Origin: a virus
Strand: one strand, 5' to 3'
Virus record (IMG/VR): IMGVR_UViG_3300045988_114753
Length of the DNA stretch: 64,000 bases
Shown here: piece by piece, positions 41,849-51,746 of the stretch
Position numbering within the stretch: the stretch's first letter is position 1
How the letters are laid out: every line of letters starts with the position of its first letter
Position numbers and translations under genes: made by a program
Notes under the pieces: model-generated
What the model saw: the letters and a program-made list of their open reading frames with translations, nothing else
What the model was told of the DNA's origin: nothing
The model's database searches: none

Positions 41849-42778
41849 ATGGAAACTAAAGAACTTTGTGAAAAGATTAAAATTTTATTAAAAAAGAAAA
41901 AGAGTTTTGTAGATATTTGTAAAGAGCTACAACTAAAGGATTACGAGGCAATCGGATTAGTTAATTTGATGAAACAAGATGGTGAATTGATTGATTATGT
42001 TAATGGTGAATTAGTAAGATTAAAAACACCGCCAAAGACTAATGATGTTTATCAAGTTTCTACAAATAGCACTCATATTCCACTATTATTAATAAGTGAT
42101 ACTCATTTATGTAGTAAATATGATAGATTAGACATTTTGCGTTATTTATATGATAAGGCAGAAGATAGAGGTATCAAATATATTTTGCATAGTGGAGATT
42201 TTACAGATGGTCGTTCTAATAGACCAGAACATATTTATGAATTAAAAGAAACGTCGTATGAAGGACAAGTTGATTATTGTGTAGACAAATACCCAACTTT
42301 TAGTGGTAAAACTTATGTTATAAGCGGTAATCACGATGATTGGTGGTATAAATCAACTGGTTCAGAAATAGTTAAAGCTATTGCTAAAAGAAGAGACGAT
42401 ATTGTTTACTTAGGTAGCGATGTTGCTGATTTGAAAATTGGGAAATTAAAAATAAGATTATTTCACGGAAAAGGTGGAAATGCTTATGCAAAATCTTATA
42501 AGGTACAAAAATACTTAGACTCTATACCTTTAGAAGAAAGACCACATATATTGCAAACTGGGCACGTACATCAGAGTTTTTATATGAAACAAGATGATAC
42601 ACATTGCTTCCAAACTTCTTGCTTAGAAGATTTAACTCCATTTGCTAGGAGTATGGGGCTTGCTAATGACAAGTCAGTTTGGTGGGTTGATGTTAATATT
42701 GACGATAGAGGAAAAATTGAAAGTATTAACCAAGAGTTAGAGACTTTCAATACAAAGAAGTTGGTGAGAAGAAAGTGA
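41849..42778 (+). CDS. metallophosphoesterase with N-terminal HTH-like region
   Basis: Ordered motifs ISDTHLC, SGDFTDG, SGNHDDW, FHGKGG and TGHVH. Confidence 0.65.
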   Translation: METKELCEKIKILLKKKKSFVDICKELQLKDYEAIGLVNLMKQDGELIDYVNGELVRLKTPPKTNDVYQVSTNSTHIPLLLISDTHLCSKYDRLDILRYLYDKAEDRGIKYILHSGDFTDGRSNRPEHIYELKETSYEGQVDYCVDKYPTFSGKTYVISGNHDDWWYKSTGSEIVKAIAKRRDDIVYLGSDVADLKIGKLKIRLFHGKGGNAYAKSYKVQKYLDSIPLEERPHILQTGHVHQSFYMKQDDTHCFQTSCLEDLTPFARSMGLANDKSVWWVDVNIDDRGKIESINQELETFNTKKLVRRK

Positions 42779-42975
42779 TTGATGCAGTCCTGAAACTTAT
42801 ATTGGCAGTTTTTGTATTGTCAATGATTATATTTCCAGTTTATGTTAATTTGTTTAAAGAACGATTGTGGGAATATGTGAAACAAAAGTTGGAAGAACAA
42901 GAAAAACACGATAAGTTAGTGAGAAATATGAAACAAAGGAAGAAGGGCAATCAAGGAAAAAGTATTATAAAATAG
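42775..42975 (+). CDS. small membrane protein (66 aa)
   Basis: GTG start after GGTGAG. Hydrophobic LKLILAVFVLSMIIFPVYVNLF followed by a basic tail. Confidence 0.55.
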   Translation: MIDAVLKLILAVFVLSMIIFPVYVNLFKERLWEYVKQKLEEQEKHDKLVRNMKQRKKGNQGKSIIK

Positions 42976-42987
42976 GGAGGCTATACT

Positions 42988-43503
42988 ATGATTTTGGGGT
43001 TAGATATGGCTACCAAAAAAACAGGATATGGTCTGCTTGACGAAGAGGCTAATCTGTATGATTATGGTGTCATTCGTACTACAAGTGAAGAGTCAAGAGA
43101 TAGAATACGTGAAGTATACGATGCTATTGAGGCTATAATTAACAAATATAATATAGAACATATGGTGTTTGAAGATGTGCCAGTAACAAATCATAATAAT
43201 TTAAAGACTGGAAAAGATTTGTGTATATTGCAAGGTGCAATCTTATCGTTATGTTTTAAATATAATATAGAGTATTCTTTTTATGCTCCGTCTTCTTGGA
43301 GAAGTTTAATTGGAACTTATGATGGGACAAGACAGGGTATGAAAAGAGAAATTCAAAAGCAAAGAGCTGTAGATAGAGTAAATGAAATTTATAACTTAGG
43401 TTTTGTATATAATGCTACAGAGACCAAAACTAGACATACAGATGATGATAAAGCAGAGGCTATATGTTTAGGATTGGCTTATATAGAAGATATTAGTAAA
43501 TAA
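42988..43503 (+). CDS. RuvC-like Holliday junction resolvase
   Basis: ILGLDMATKKTGYG (first catalytic Asp), MVFEDV and DDDKAEAICLG, in the order of the RuvC catalytic acidic residues. Confidence 0.7.
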   Translation: MILGLDMATKKTGYGLLDEEANLYDYGVIRTTSEESRDRIREVYDAIEAIINKYNIEHMVFEDVPVTNHNNLKTGKDLCILQGAILSLCFKYNIEYSFYAPSSWRSLIGTYDGTRQGMKREIQKQRAVDRVNEIYNLGFVYNATETKTRHTDDDKAEAICLGLAYIEDISK

Positions 43504-43514
43504 GGAGGATTATT

Positions 43515-44015
43515 ATGGAAGTTATTACAGTTAAAGAGAAAAAAATTACATTAAAGAAAGATTACTTAACAAATGGAGAGGTAAATTATATTGTAGGAGA
43601 GGTTTTAAAAATTTATGACCAATCAGGAGATATAGATGGTTATGATTATAGTCCTTTAGCTATGATTACAAACTTTTACGCTTTATTGTTTGCAGAATGT
43701 ATTGAAGGTTACGACCTTGATGATGTAGATATGTATAATGAATATTATAATATCGGTACACAATATGAATTATTGAGAGTTGTAACTAATGCTGATGAGG
43801 CTTATCATTTAATGATGTCTTTATCAAAACAAATCAATAGTATAGAAAATACTGTGAACAGAAGTCTTCAAAAAATTGTTGGTATGATTTCAGATAAAAT
43901 ACCTGATGCCAAAACTATGACAAAAATGGTTAATAAATTACCAAAGGAATGGCAAAAGGCTGTAGATGATTACAACCAAATTACAGGTAAAGAAGAAATA
44001 AAAGAAGACGAATAA
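43515..44015 (+). CDS. hypothetical protein (166 aa)
   Basis: AAGGAGGA SD; followed by a terminator. Confidence 0.6.
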   Translation: MEVITVKEKKITLKKDYLTNGEVNYIVGEVLKIYDQSGDIDGYDYSPLAMITNFYALLFAECIEGYDLDDVDMYNEYYNIGTQYELLRVVTNADEAYHLMMSLSKQINSIENTVNRSLQKIVGMISDKIPDAKTMTKMVNKLPKEWQKAVDDYNQITGKEEIKEDE

Positions 44016-44029
44016 GTCTTCTTTTTTTT
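44002..44029 (+). terminator. intrinsic terminator
   Basis: AAGAAGAC-6 nt-GTCTTCTT followed by a T-run. The stop codon is in the loop. Confidence 0.7.
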
Positions 44030-44065
44030 AGGAAATAACAAAAATTGAGGGAGGAGGCTGGGTTT

Positions 44066-44584
44066 ATGGCTAGTATCAATTATGTAGCCAGCACAACTCA
44101 ATTAAACAAGGAATTATCAGATATATTAGAAAAGGTCATTGATGCTGTTTCTGAGACCCTATTAAAGGATTTTAGGCAGCATTTGGATGCTACTATTTAT
44201 GCCGCTCCCAAAGGAGATTATGTTCGTAATCGTGAAAATGGGGGTTTTTATGCTGGTTGGGAAATAAAAAAAGACCAGTCAAGTGCACTTAAAGGTTATA
44301 TTAGAAGATTAGCATTTGATGGAGGAAACTTAGTTGCCCCTTCTGATTATAATGGATGGGCTCACGGTGGTAATTGGGGAGGTTCACCAGGTGGAGACCA
44401 AAGAGGAAAAATGTATTGGATTTTAAACGATATACAATCAAATAACGATTATTCTTATGCAGGTGGTGCTAAGTATTTAGAAAATAATGATGGATATTGG
44501 AATACATATTTGGCAAATATAGATGATAAAATAGAGAAATGGTTAAATGATGAATTTAAAAAATATGGAATAGTGAGGAGGTGA
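44066..44584 (+). CDS. hypothetical protein (172 aa from ATG 44066)
   Basis: ATG follows GAGGGAGGAGG. Immediately upstream of the tape measure. Confidence 0.6.
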   Translation: MASINYVASTTQLNKELSDILEKVIDAVSETLLKDFRQHLDATIYAAPKGDYVRNRENGGFYAGWEIKKDQSSALKGYIRRLAFDGGNLVAPSDYNGWAHGGNWGGSPGGDQRGKMYWILNDIQSNNDYSYAGGAKYLENNDGYWNTYLANIDDKIEKWLNDEFKKYGIVRR

Positions 44585-44593
44585 ATTTAGATT

Positions 44594-47500
44594 ATGAATA
44601 AGGAATTTTACATTAAATTACAAGCGAAGTTAGAAAATAATGAAAAAACAGTTGCAGAGCTTAATAATCAGATTAAATCGCTACAAGGCAAAGTTTCAAA
44701 ATTACAATTAAAGGTTGACTCACAAAAAGTTTCTAAAGCCGATAAACAATTAAAATCATTTAATGATACAGCTAAAGAAGGACAGAAACAGGCTGATAAA
44801 TGGAATTATTCTTGGAGCAAAACTTTTCAATCGTTTACCACATATATGTCTGTAACAACGGTGTTCTATCAAGTTATACATACAATAAAAGATATGATTA
44901 GTGAAGTTACCGACCTTGATGGGGCATTAGTAGAATTGAAAAAAGTAACCGATTTAGAAGGAGAGTCTTTACAGAGATTTACAAAAGAAGCCTATGCTGC
45001 TGGTGCAAATGTTGCTAAAACTGGTACAGAAATGGTTGAGGCTGCTACATCATTTGCTAAGGCTGGTTACAATGAAGACCAAATTCTACAGCTTGGTGAA
45101 GTTGCTGCAATGTATACTAATATTGCTGACGAAGCTATTAGTAGTGCCGATGCCGCAGATTTTATTATTGCACAATTAAAAGCATTTAATTTAGAGTCTG
45201 ATGATTTGAACAAAACATTGGAAAATTCTTATCACATTATAGATGCGGTTAATGAGGTTTCAAATAACTTTGCTGTAAGTTCTTCAGATATTGCTACTAA
45301 TTTAGGTAAAGCAAGTTCAGTTATGGCGAACGCTGGTAACAGTATGGAACAAATGATTGGTTTAATGACTGCTGGTACTGAGGTAACACGTAATGCTAGT
45401 AAAGTGGCAAATGGATTAAAAACTATTACCCTACGTCTACAAGGAATGGACGATGAAGGAGAAAAGAACCTAGAATTAATGTCTCAAATGGAGGGATTAT
45501 TTAATAAGTTAGGAAAGACGGTTTATAATACCGACGGTACGCTTAAAAATACTTATGATTTATTAGGTGAGTTAGCAGATGTTTATCCAACATTAACGGC
45601 TGCTGAAAAGGCGTATGTTACCGAAACTATTGCTGGTAAGTATCAAGCACAAAATGCTGCTGCTATTTTATCTAACTGGAAAACTGCTGTTGACGCAACT
45701 GCCACAGCATTAGACTCGCAAGGCAGTGCTATGAAAGAAAATAGCAAATACCTGGATAGTATTCAAGGTAGGATGGCAAACTTTAATAGTGCTTTTGAGC
45801 AATTGTCTCAAAGTGTTATGAGTAGCGATTTGATAAAATGGTTTATTGATTTAGGTACAGCTATTGTAAATATTGCAAACAGTGACTTTGGTAAATTCTT
45901 AACCAAGTTTACTTTATTGTTTGTTTCAACAAAATCTGGTATTGTTATAATTGGAAAATTAATAGACACATTTAAAAAATTTGGAAAGTCTATATCTAGC
46001 ACTTATAGTGTTTTGCAAAAGTATAACGAACTCAATATCTTAACTAAAAACTCAACTAACGGTGTAGTAACCGCAGAAGAGGCTAAAATTTTAGTTCAAG
46101 GTAAGGCAATTTTGACTCAATTAGCCTTAAATGCTGCTATTGCTGCTGGAACAATTATTTTAATGGCTGCGGTATCAGCATATCAAAACGCGAAGGCTGC
46201 TCAAGAAGAACAAATTAAAAAGGTATCAGAGAATGCTCAGGCTTATGAAGATGAGGCTAGTAGCATAGATAATACTATTAAGAAATTCCAATCTTTAAGA
46301 GAAACATTAGATGACAATACATCTAGTTATCAAGACGCCTTGAGTGCAAGAGAAGAATTGATAGAAATACAAAAAAGTTTAAAGAAGGAATATGGCGATG
46401 AAGCAGATGATATTGATTTAGTAACTGGTTCTATTAGTGAACAAATAGAAAAGTTAAAGGAATTAAAAGCTCAACGTGCCAAAGATTATTTGAGCGATAA
46501 CCAAAGTGGTTACAATAACGCAAAAAAAGAAGTATACGGAAAGAATAATCATAGAAGAAATATGCTTATAGGCTCTGGTTATATTGATGTGAGAGATTAT
46601 GACTATGCCGTAAAACATAAACAAATGACCGAAGAAGAAGCTAAGGTATATAAAGAAAGAATAGCCAACGCAGAAAAATTTGATAAAGATATGCAGGATA
46701 TTTTAAAAAAATATTCTACTAAAAACTCTGTGAGGGATGATGGTCAAGGATTTATCAGTTTTAATACTAATAGTGTTGATAAATCTAAGAAAGCTTTAGA
46801 AGAGGTTAAAAAGTATCTTCAAGATAATGAAAAAGAAATTGTAAAATCTGGTATTATGTCTCAAGAGTCATTTAACTTTAGGTTGAATGAAGTTGATAAA
46901 GAATTAAACAATATAACTAAGAAATTTGGAGATAGTTATAAAGCAATAGAAGAATATGAAGACAAAATGAAGGACGCTGCTGGTTGGGAGTCTTTTAAAG
47001 GTAAACTTGAGGAACTATCTAAGACTACAGTTTTAAACAAAGATAATATTAAGGAACTATTAAAAGAATATCCTGGTCTTGAAGACGCTTTAAACAAAAA
47101 TGATATTACTATTGATAAGTTAATTAAAGATTTTCAAAATCTTAGTACAGTCACTGACACACTTATTTCTAATAACGAAGGTCTAGCAGATACTTTAGCT
47201 AATATTACTTTAGATGGTAAAGTAGACCAAACAGAAATGAATGAATTGCTTGAGAAGTTTCCAACTTTGAAAGAACAGTTAGATGGTACTGGTTATACTC
47301 TTGATGATATTATTGACAAATTCCCTGCCTTATTATATGCTGCCACAGGAACATTTGGTAGTATTATCGATGATTTGGATAATTTACAATCTGCATATGA
47401 AACAGTAACCTCTGCCTTAGAAGAATATAATAACACTGGTTATTTTTCAATAGACACGTTAGAACAATTATTAGTTTTAGACCAAAAATATTTGGATGCT

Positions 47501-49348
47501 TTAGTGGATGAGAATGGGGTCATTAGGGATAATACCTCCGCATTTCAAGTTTTAGCTAATGCTAAATTAGACGAATTACAGGCTTCAGAAGATAGCAGAT
47601 ATATGAAAGAATTAAATCGTCTAGCGTCTTTAAATGAGGCTGGTGCCGCACAGTTGGCTGCTAGTAGTATCAATGCACATAAAGACGCAATGGCTGGACA
47701 AGAGGTTAATGCCGAGGCTTTACGAGCTCAAATTCAAAAGAATATTGAGGCATTTAATGAAGAGTCTTCAGCAGCATTAAAAGCTGCTTATGATGTTAAT
47801 GAGGCTACACACAAAAGAAACAATGCAATCATAAACAATACCCGTCAGGGCTTAAAAAGTAATTACAAAGTTTCAATAGGTGGTTCTAGTAAAAAATCAT
47901 CAAGTAACAAATCTAAAAAATCTGAAAAAGAGTGGTGGGAAACTGAACTTGAAAAATTGAAAAATCAATTCAAGTACAATGAAATCACTATTGAAGAATA
48001 TATTAGAGGTTTAGATAACTTACTTGGCAGGGTACAAAAAGGAACAGATGCTTGGCGTAAAATTAATGAGGAACTTCAAAAGCAACGTTTGACTAAAGTT
48101 GAAGACGATTACAAACGTGGAACTATCAGTCTTGATGAGTACATTAAGAAGTTGAAAGAATTAATTAAGGCTTATAGACAAGGTTCTGATGCTTGGAATG
48201 ATTTAGCTGACAAAATCAAGAAAGCACTTCAAGATAAAGCAGATAAACAAAAAGATGATTTAGATACCGCTGAAGATGCTGCTGTAGGTATTATTGATGA
48301 TGAAATTGATAAGTTGAAGAAACTTAAAGAAGAGCAGGAAGATTATTACGATAAGTTAATCGATGATAAAAAAGCAGCTAACGATGAAACAGAAAAGGAA
48401 TTAGAATTAGCAAGACTTCAAGAGGCTTTAGCAAATGCTCAAAAAGAAAAAACTAAACGTGTATGGCGTGAAGGCATTGGTTGGGTATGGGAAGCCGACC
48501 AAGAAGCAATAAAAGATGCTCAAGAAGCTTTAGATGAGTTTAATAAAGAACAAGAACTAGACGCGTTAGAAAAACAAAAGGATGAAGCTATTAAGAATAT
48601 TGAAGACCAAATTGATGCTTGGGAAAAATATAAAGAGTCTTGGGAAAACGTTGCTGATGATTATGAAACACAACAGGCTCGTATGACGTTAGCTCAACAA
48701 TTAGGAGCCGATGCTGAAGCTAAAATTTTACAAAAACGACTAGACGTGTTAGAAGATTATAAATCTAAATATCTAGCAACAATGAAGGAAATTACTAATT
48801 TAGAAAATACACCTTCAGACAAGTTAAATGGATATAATACACCTAAAGATACAAATACAACAAATGGTAATAGTGGTTCAGGAGGTTCTTCTTCTAGTGC
48901 CCCATCATTAAATAAGGGTTCTTATGTATCAGTTAAACCTGGTACTAAATGGTATTCAAATTCTTATGGTGGTGGCAATAGTGGTACGGCACGTTCTGGA
49001 ACTATTAAATATATCAATAATGGTGGAAGCCATCCATATAACATTGATGGTTTAGGATGGGTTAAAAAGTCAGATATTGTTGGTTACAAGAATGGTGGTA
49101 TGGTTGATTATACAGGTTTGGCTATGTTACACGGTACAAAGTCAAAACCAGAATTTGTTTTAAATAATGACCAAATGAAGAGTATGTTGTCGAACTTTAT
49201 TAGACCACAAACATCTAGCAATCTTCCTTCAAAGAATGCAAGCGTAACAAATTATAATTTTGGTAATATTGAATTGCCAAATGTAAGCAATGCAAAACAA
49301 TTTGTAACAGAATTAAAATCTTTAGTAAATATAACAAAACATCAATAG
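44594..49348 (+). CDS. tail tape measure protein with C-terminal SH3b-like module
   Basis: 1584 aa. Extensive coiled coil and internal hydrophobic segments (LTQLALNAAIAAGTIILMAAVSAY). C-terminal KGSYVSVKPGTKWYSNS...HPYNIDGLGWVKKSDIVGY resembles the endolysin SH3b repeats. Confidence 0.8.
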   Translation: MNKEFYIKLQAKLENNEKTVAELNNQIKSLQGKVSKLQLKVDSQKVSKADKQLKSFNDTAKEGQKQADKWNYSWSKTFQSFTTYMSVTTVFYQVIHTIKDMISEVTDLDGALVELKKVTDLEGESLQRFTKEAYAAGANVAKTGTEMVEAATSFAKAGYNEDQILQLGEVAAMYTNIADEAISSADAADFIIAQLKAFNLESDDLNKTLENSYHIIDAVNEVSNNFAVSSSDIATNLGKASSVMANAGNSMEQMIGLMTAGTEVTRNASKVANGLKTITLRLQGMDDEGEKNLELMSQMEGLFNKLGKTVYNTDGTLKNTYDLLGELADVYPTLTAAEKAYVTETIAGKYQAQNAAAILSNWKTAVDATATALDSQGSAMKENSKYLDSIQGRMANFNSAFEQLSQSVMSSDLIKWFIDLGTAIVNIANSDFGKFLTKFTLLFVSTKSGIVIIGKLIDTFKKFGKSISSTYSVLQKYNELNILTKNSTNGVVTAEEAKILVQGKAILTQLALNAAIAAGTIILMAAVSAYQNAKAAQEEQIKKVSENAQAYEDEASSIDNTIKKFQSLRETLDDNTSSYQDALSAREELIEIQKSLKKEYGDEADDIDLVTGSISEQIEKLKELKAQRAKDYLSDNQSGYNNAKKEVYGKNNHRRNMLIGSGYIDVRDYDYAVKHKQMTEEEAKVYKERIANAEKFDKDMQDILKKYSTKNSVRDDGQGFISFNTNSVDKSKKALEEVKKYLQDNEKEIVKSGIMSQESFNFRLNEVDKELNNITKKFGDSYKAIEEYEDKMKDAAGWESFKGKLEELSKTTVLNKDNIKELLKEYPGLEDALNKNDITIDKLIKDFQNLSTVTDTLISNNEGLADTLANITLDGKVDQTEMNELLEKFPTLKEQLDGTGYTLDDIIDKFPALLYAATGTFGSIIDDLDNLQSAYETVTSALEEYNNTGYFSIDTLEQLLVLDQKYLDALVDENGVIRDNTSAFQVLANAKLDELQASEDSRYMKELNRLASLNEAGAAQLAASSINAHKDAMAGQEVNAEALRAQIQKNIEAFNEESSAALKAAYDVNEATHKRNNAIINNTRQGLKSNYKVSIGGSSKKSSSNKSKKSEKEWWETELEKLKNQFKYNEITIEEYIRGLDNLLGRVQKGTDAWRKINEELQKQRLTKVEDDYKRGTISLDEYIKKLKELIKAYRQGSDAWNDLADKIKKALQDKADKQKDDLDTAEDAAVGIIDDEIDKLKKLKEEQEDYYDKLIDDKKAANDETEKELELARLQEALANAQKEKTKRVWREGIGWVWEADQEAIKDAQEALDEFNKEQELDALEKQKDEAIKNIEDQIDAWEKYKESWENVADDYETQQARMTLAQQLGADAEAKILQKRLDVLEDYKSKYLATMKEITNLENTPSDKLNGYNTPKDTNTTNGNSGSGGSSSSAPSLNKGSYVSVKPGTKWYSNSYGGGNSGTARSGTIKYINNGGSHPYNIDGLGWVKKSDIVGYKNGGMVDYTGLAMLHGTKSKPEFVLNNDQMKSMLSNFIRPQTSSNLPSKNASVTNYNFGNIELPNVSNAKQFVTELKSLVNITKHQ

Positions 49349-49414
49349 GGTACCGACATTTATGTCGGTTCCTCTTGGTGCTGGATAAATAAAAAAAAAG
49401 AAAGGAGGATGTAT

Positions 49415-50878
49415 ATGATTTATCAACCACGTAATGTGCAACCATCTGGTTCTTCTATTGATGGGAGTATTAATAACACGTTTACAATGGAAGTTCAAAC
49501 GAACTCTTATATCTCTGCATATCAATTATTAATTGTTGATTTTAATAACAATGATATATATACAGGCACAAAGACTACATTAACACAGAATTTATATAAT
49601 GGGGATACTTTATCTATTCCAGTCAATGCTAGTAGTGTACATTTGAGTAATGGTACAAACTATAAATGGCGTGTTAGATTATATCAACCTAATCCCGATA
49701 TGTTAATTACATATGGGCTTGTACAAAGTGCTAGTACTACAACAAATGTTTATTTACAACCAAATATTAACATAAAGGCAGGAATGATACTAACAATCAA
49801 TAGTCAAAGTAAGACTATCACATCATACGATGTTAGCACTGGCTTGGCGGTAGTTGGCAGTGCATTTTCATCTGCTCCATCTGTAGGTGCACAATATCAA
49901 GTTTATTCTGATTTTATAGAAACAATTCCAGATTATATTGTATATGCCAGAGAAAATCCAACGGTTTCTATTAACAATGTGCCAACTTCTCTTACTTTAA
50001 AATATCATACATTTCAAGGTGTATACACGCAATCTGATAATGTGCCTATTGTGTATCATCAATTTGACTTATACATCAGAAATGATGATGGTACTAATAA
50101 ATTAGTCAATTCATCTGGAAAAGTTTATTCCGCTAATTTATCATATACTTATGACGGCTTTAGAACTGGTAACACATATTTAATTAAGTTGACAGTAGAA
50201 AATGATATGGGCATTATAGCAGAAACAGATTTATATACTTTTAGTGTTTCATATGATATTGTTGAATACTTGCAACAACCTAGAGCCGTATTTGATAGCA
50301 AACAGAATGCTATTGATATTGCTTGGGTGACACCAGTTGAACATAATGCTACATCTAGTAGTGGCGGTTTTACTTATTTATATGATACGCCTTATAGCGG
50401 GGTAAATTCTTTGTATACAAACGGTTATACAGTTGATTGGCAAGCACCAGATGGATTGTGTGTATTGCCAAATGATTTCAATATCACATTGCAGTTTAGT
50501 CCCGACTCTGGCTTTTTTTATGATGAAAATGGGGCATATAAAGAACGTGTAATACTAGTAGATACTGAAGTTGATGGCAATGGTAATTCTGGTAGGTTCC
50601 AAATTATAATTGATAAAAACAAGATTATATTCACACAACAACCAGATATATCATTAGAAAGCAGTTTTTATACAGATAAAACACAAACCTTTGTATTGAC
50701 AGACACTGGTGTTGCTCAAATAAATAGTGATTATATTTGGGATGATACCGCTACTTGGAATGATGATTATATATGGACTGAGGGTGGTACATCTATAGAG
50801 CGTGTATGCAATCACTGGTGGAAAGTTCAAATTACTAATACATCTATAAGAGTAGAGGAAATATTCCCTACGCAATAA
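49415..50878 (+). CDS. tail/baseplate structural protein (distal-tail position, 487 aa)
   Basis: First gene after the tape measure. ATG 49415 lies 6 nt after AAAGGAGG. Confidence 0.5.
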   Translation: MIYQPRNVQPSGSSIDGSINNTFTMEVQTNSYISAYQLLIVDFNNNDIYTGTKTTLTQNLYNGDTLSIPVNASSVHLSNGTNYKWRVRLYQPNPDMLITYGLVQSASTTTNVYLQPNINIKAGMILTINSQSKTITSYDVSTGLAVVGSAFSSAPSVGAQYQVYSDFIETIPDYIVYARENPTVSINNVPTSLTLKYHTFQGVYTQSDNVPIVYHQFDLYIRNDDGTNKLVNSSGKVYSANLSYTYDGFRTGNTYLIKLTVENDMGIIAETDLYTFSVSYDIVEYLQQPRAVFDSKQNAIDIAWVTPVEHNATSSSGGFTYLYDTPYSGVNSLYTNGYTVDWQAPDGLCVLPNDFNITLQFSPDSGFFYDENGAYKERVILVDTEVDGNGNSGRFQIIIDKNKIIFTQQPDISLESSFYTDKTQTFVLTDTGVAQINSDYIWDDTATWNDDYIWTEGGTSIERVCNHWWKVQITNTSIRVEEIFPTQ

Positions 50879-50894
50879 TGAAGGAGGATAAAAT

Positions 50895-51746
50895 ATGTTA
50901 TTAACAAAATTAACAGTGAATAACAGTGTAAAATTAGACTTTCTTCATTTGGAGGAGGCTTCTTCTAATAATACTGATATTTTTAGTATTCCAAAATATA
51001 AGCCAACATTAAATAATGACTCGAGATTTTTAGCGACTTTTGATAATGCAACAACTACAGCACGTGGTATTGCAGACGTCGCTTTAGGTTATAATTTCTC
51101 AGTGTATAGAGAGGTTAATAATACAAATCAATTAAAATATATAGCAAGATTAGGTGAGGGTGCTTTAACTATGACCGATTATAATGTTGTTAATGACACA
51201 ACATATAAATATTATATATTTAAAGAGGACGAGTCTGCTATTTCTGAGGCGGTTGCTTCTAATAGTATTACGACTTGTTGGTGGGACTGGTCTTTAATAG
51301 ATTTAGTGCCAAGTACTACTGAAAAAGGATTGTATTATGCTAACCCAAATGCAATTTGGAAGTTTAATCTTAATATTTCTAGTGGCGGAGTGTCACAAAA
51401 TGTAAATAATACAACTTATAACAATTTAACACGATTTCCTAAAATATCTTCTGGTAAATTAAATTATGCTTCTGGCACTTTAACTTGTTTATTAGGAGAC
51501 GTACAAAACACAAACGATGGTCAAATCGGATATGTTGAGAGTGCTGCTCTTTTAGAGTCTTGGAATGATTTTTGTGCCAACGGAAACATAAAGTTGTTAA
51601 AAGACAGAAAGGGTAATGCTATGCTTGTAATGATTACAAGTACATCTTCTCAGGTCGATGATGTTTTGAGAGAACAGGTTAATACCATTACATTCTCTTG
51701 GACTCAAATAGCAGATGCTTCTAGTATTACTGTTATTGGTGCATAA
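50895..51746 (+). CDS. tail/baseplate structural protein (283 aa)
   Basis: GAAGGAGGA SD; position only. Confidence 0.5.
   Translation: MLLTKLTVNNSVKLDFLHLEEASSNNTDIFSIPKYKPTLNNDSRFLATFDNATTTARGIADVALGYNFSVYREVNNTNQLKYIARLGEGALTMTDYNVVNDTTYKYYIFKEDESAISEAVASNSITTCWWDWSLIDLVPSTTEKGLYYANPNAIWKFNLNISSGGVSQNVNNTTYNNLTRFPKISSGKLNYASGTLTCLLGDVQNTNDGQIGYVESAALLESWNDFCANGNIKLLKDRKGNAMLVMITSTSSQVDDVLREQVNTITFSWTQIADASSITVIGA

Noticed and set aside
49349-49372. Hairpin ACCGACA-TTTA-TGTCGGT after the tape measure gene, as a possible terminator
   Set aside because: It is a 7-bp stem but is followed by TCCTCTTGG rather than a U-tract. It is possibly a stabilising or processing hairpin, but I do not call it a terminator.
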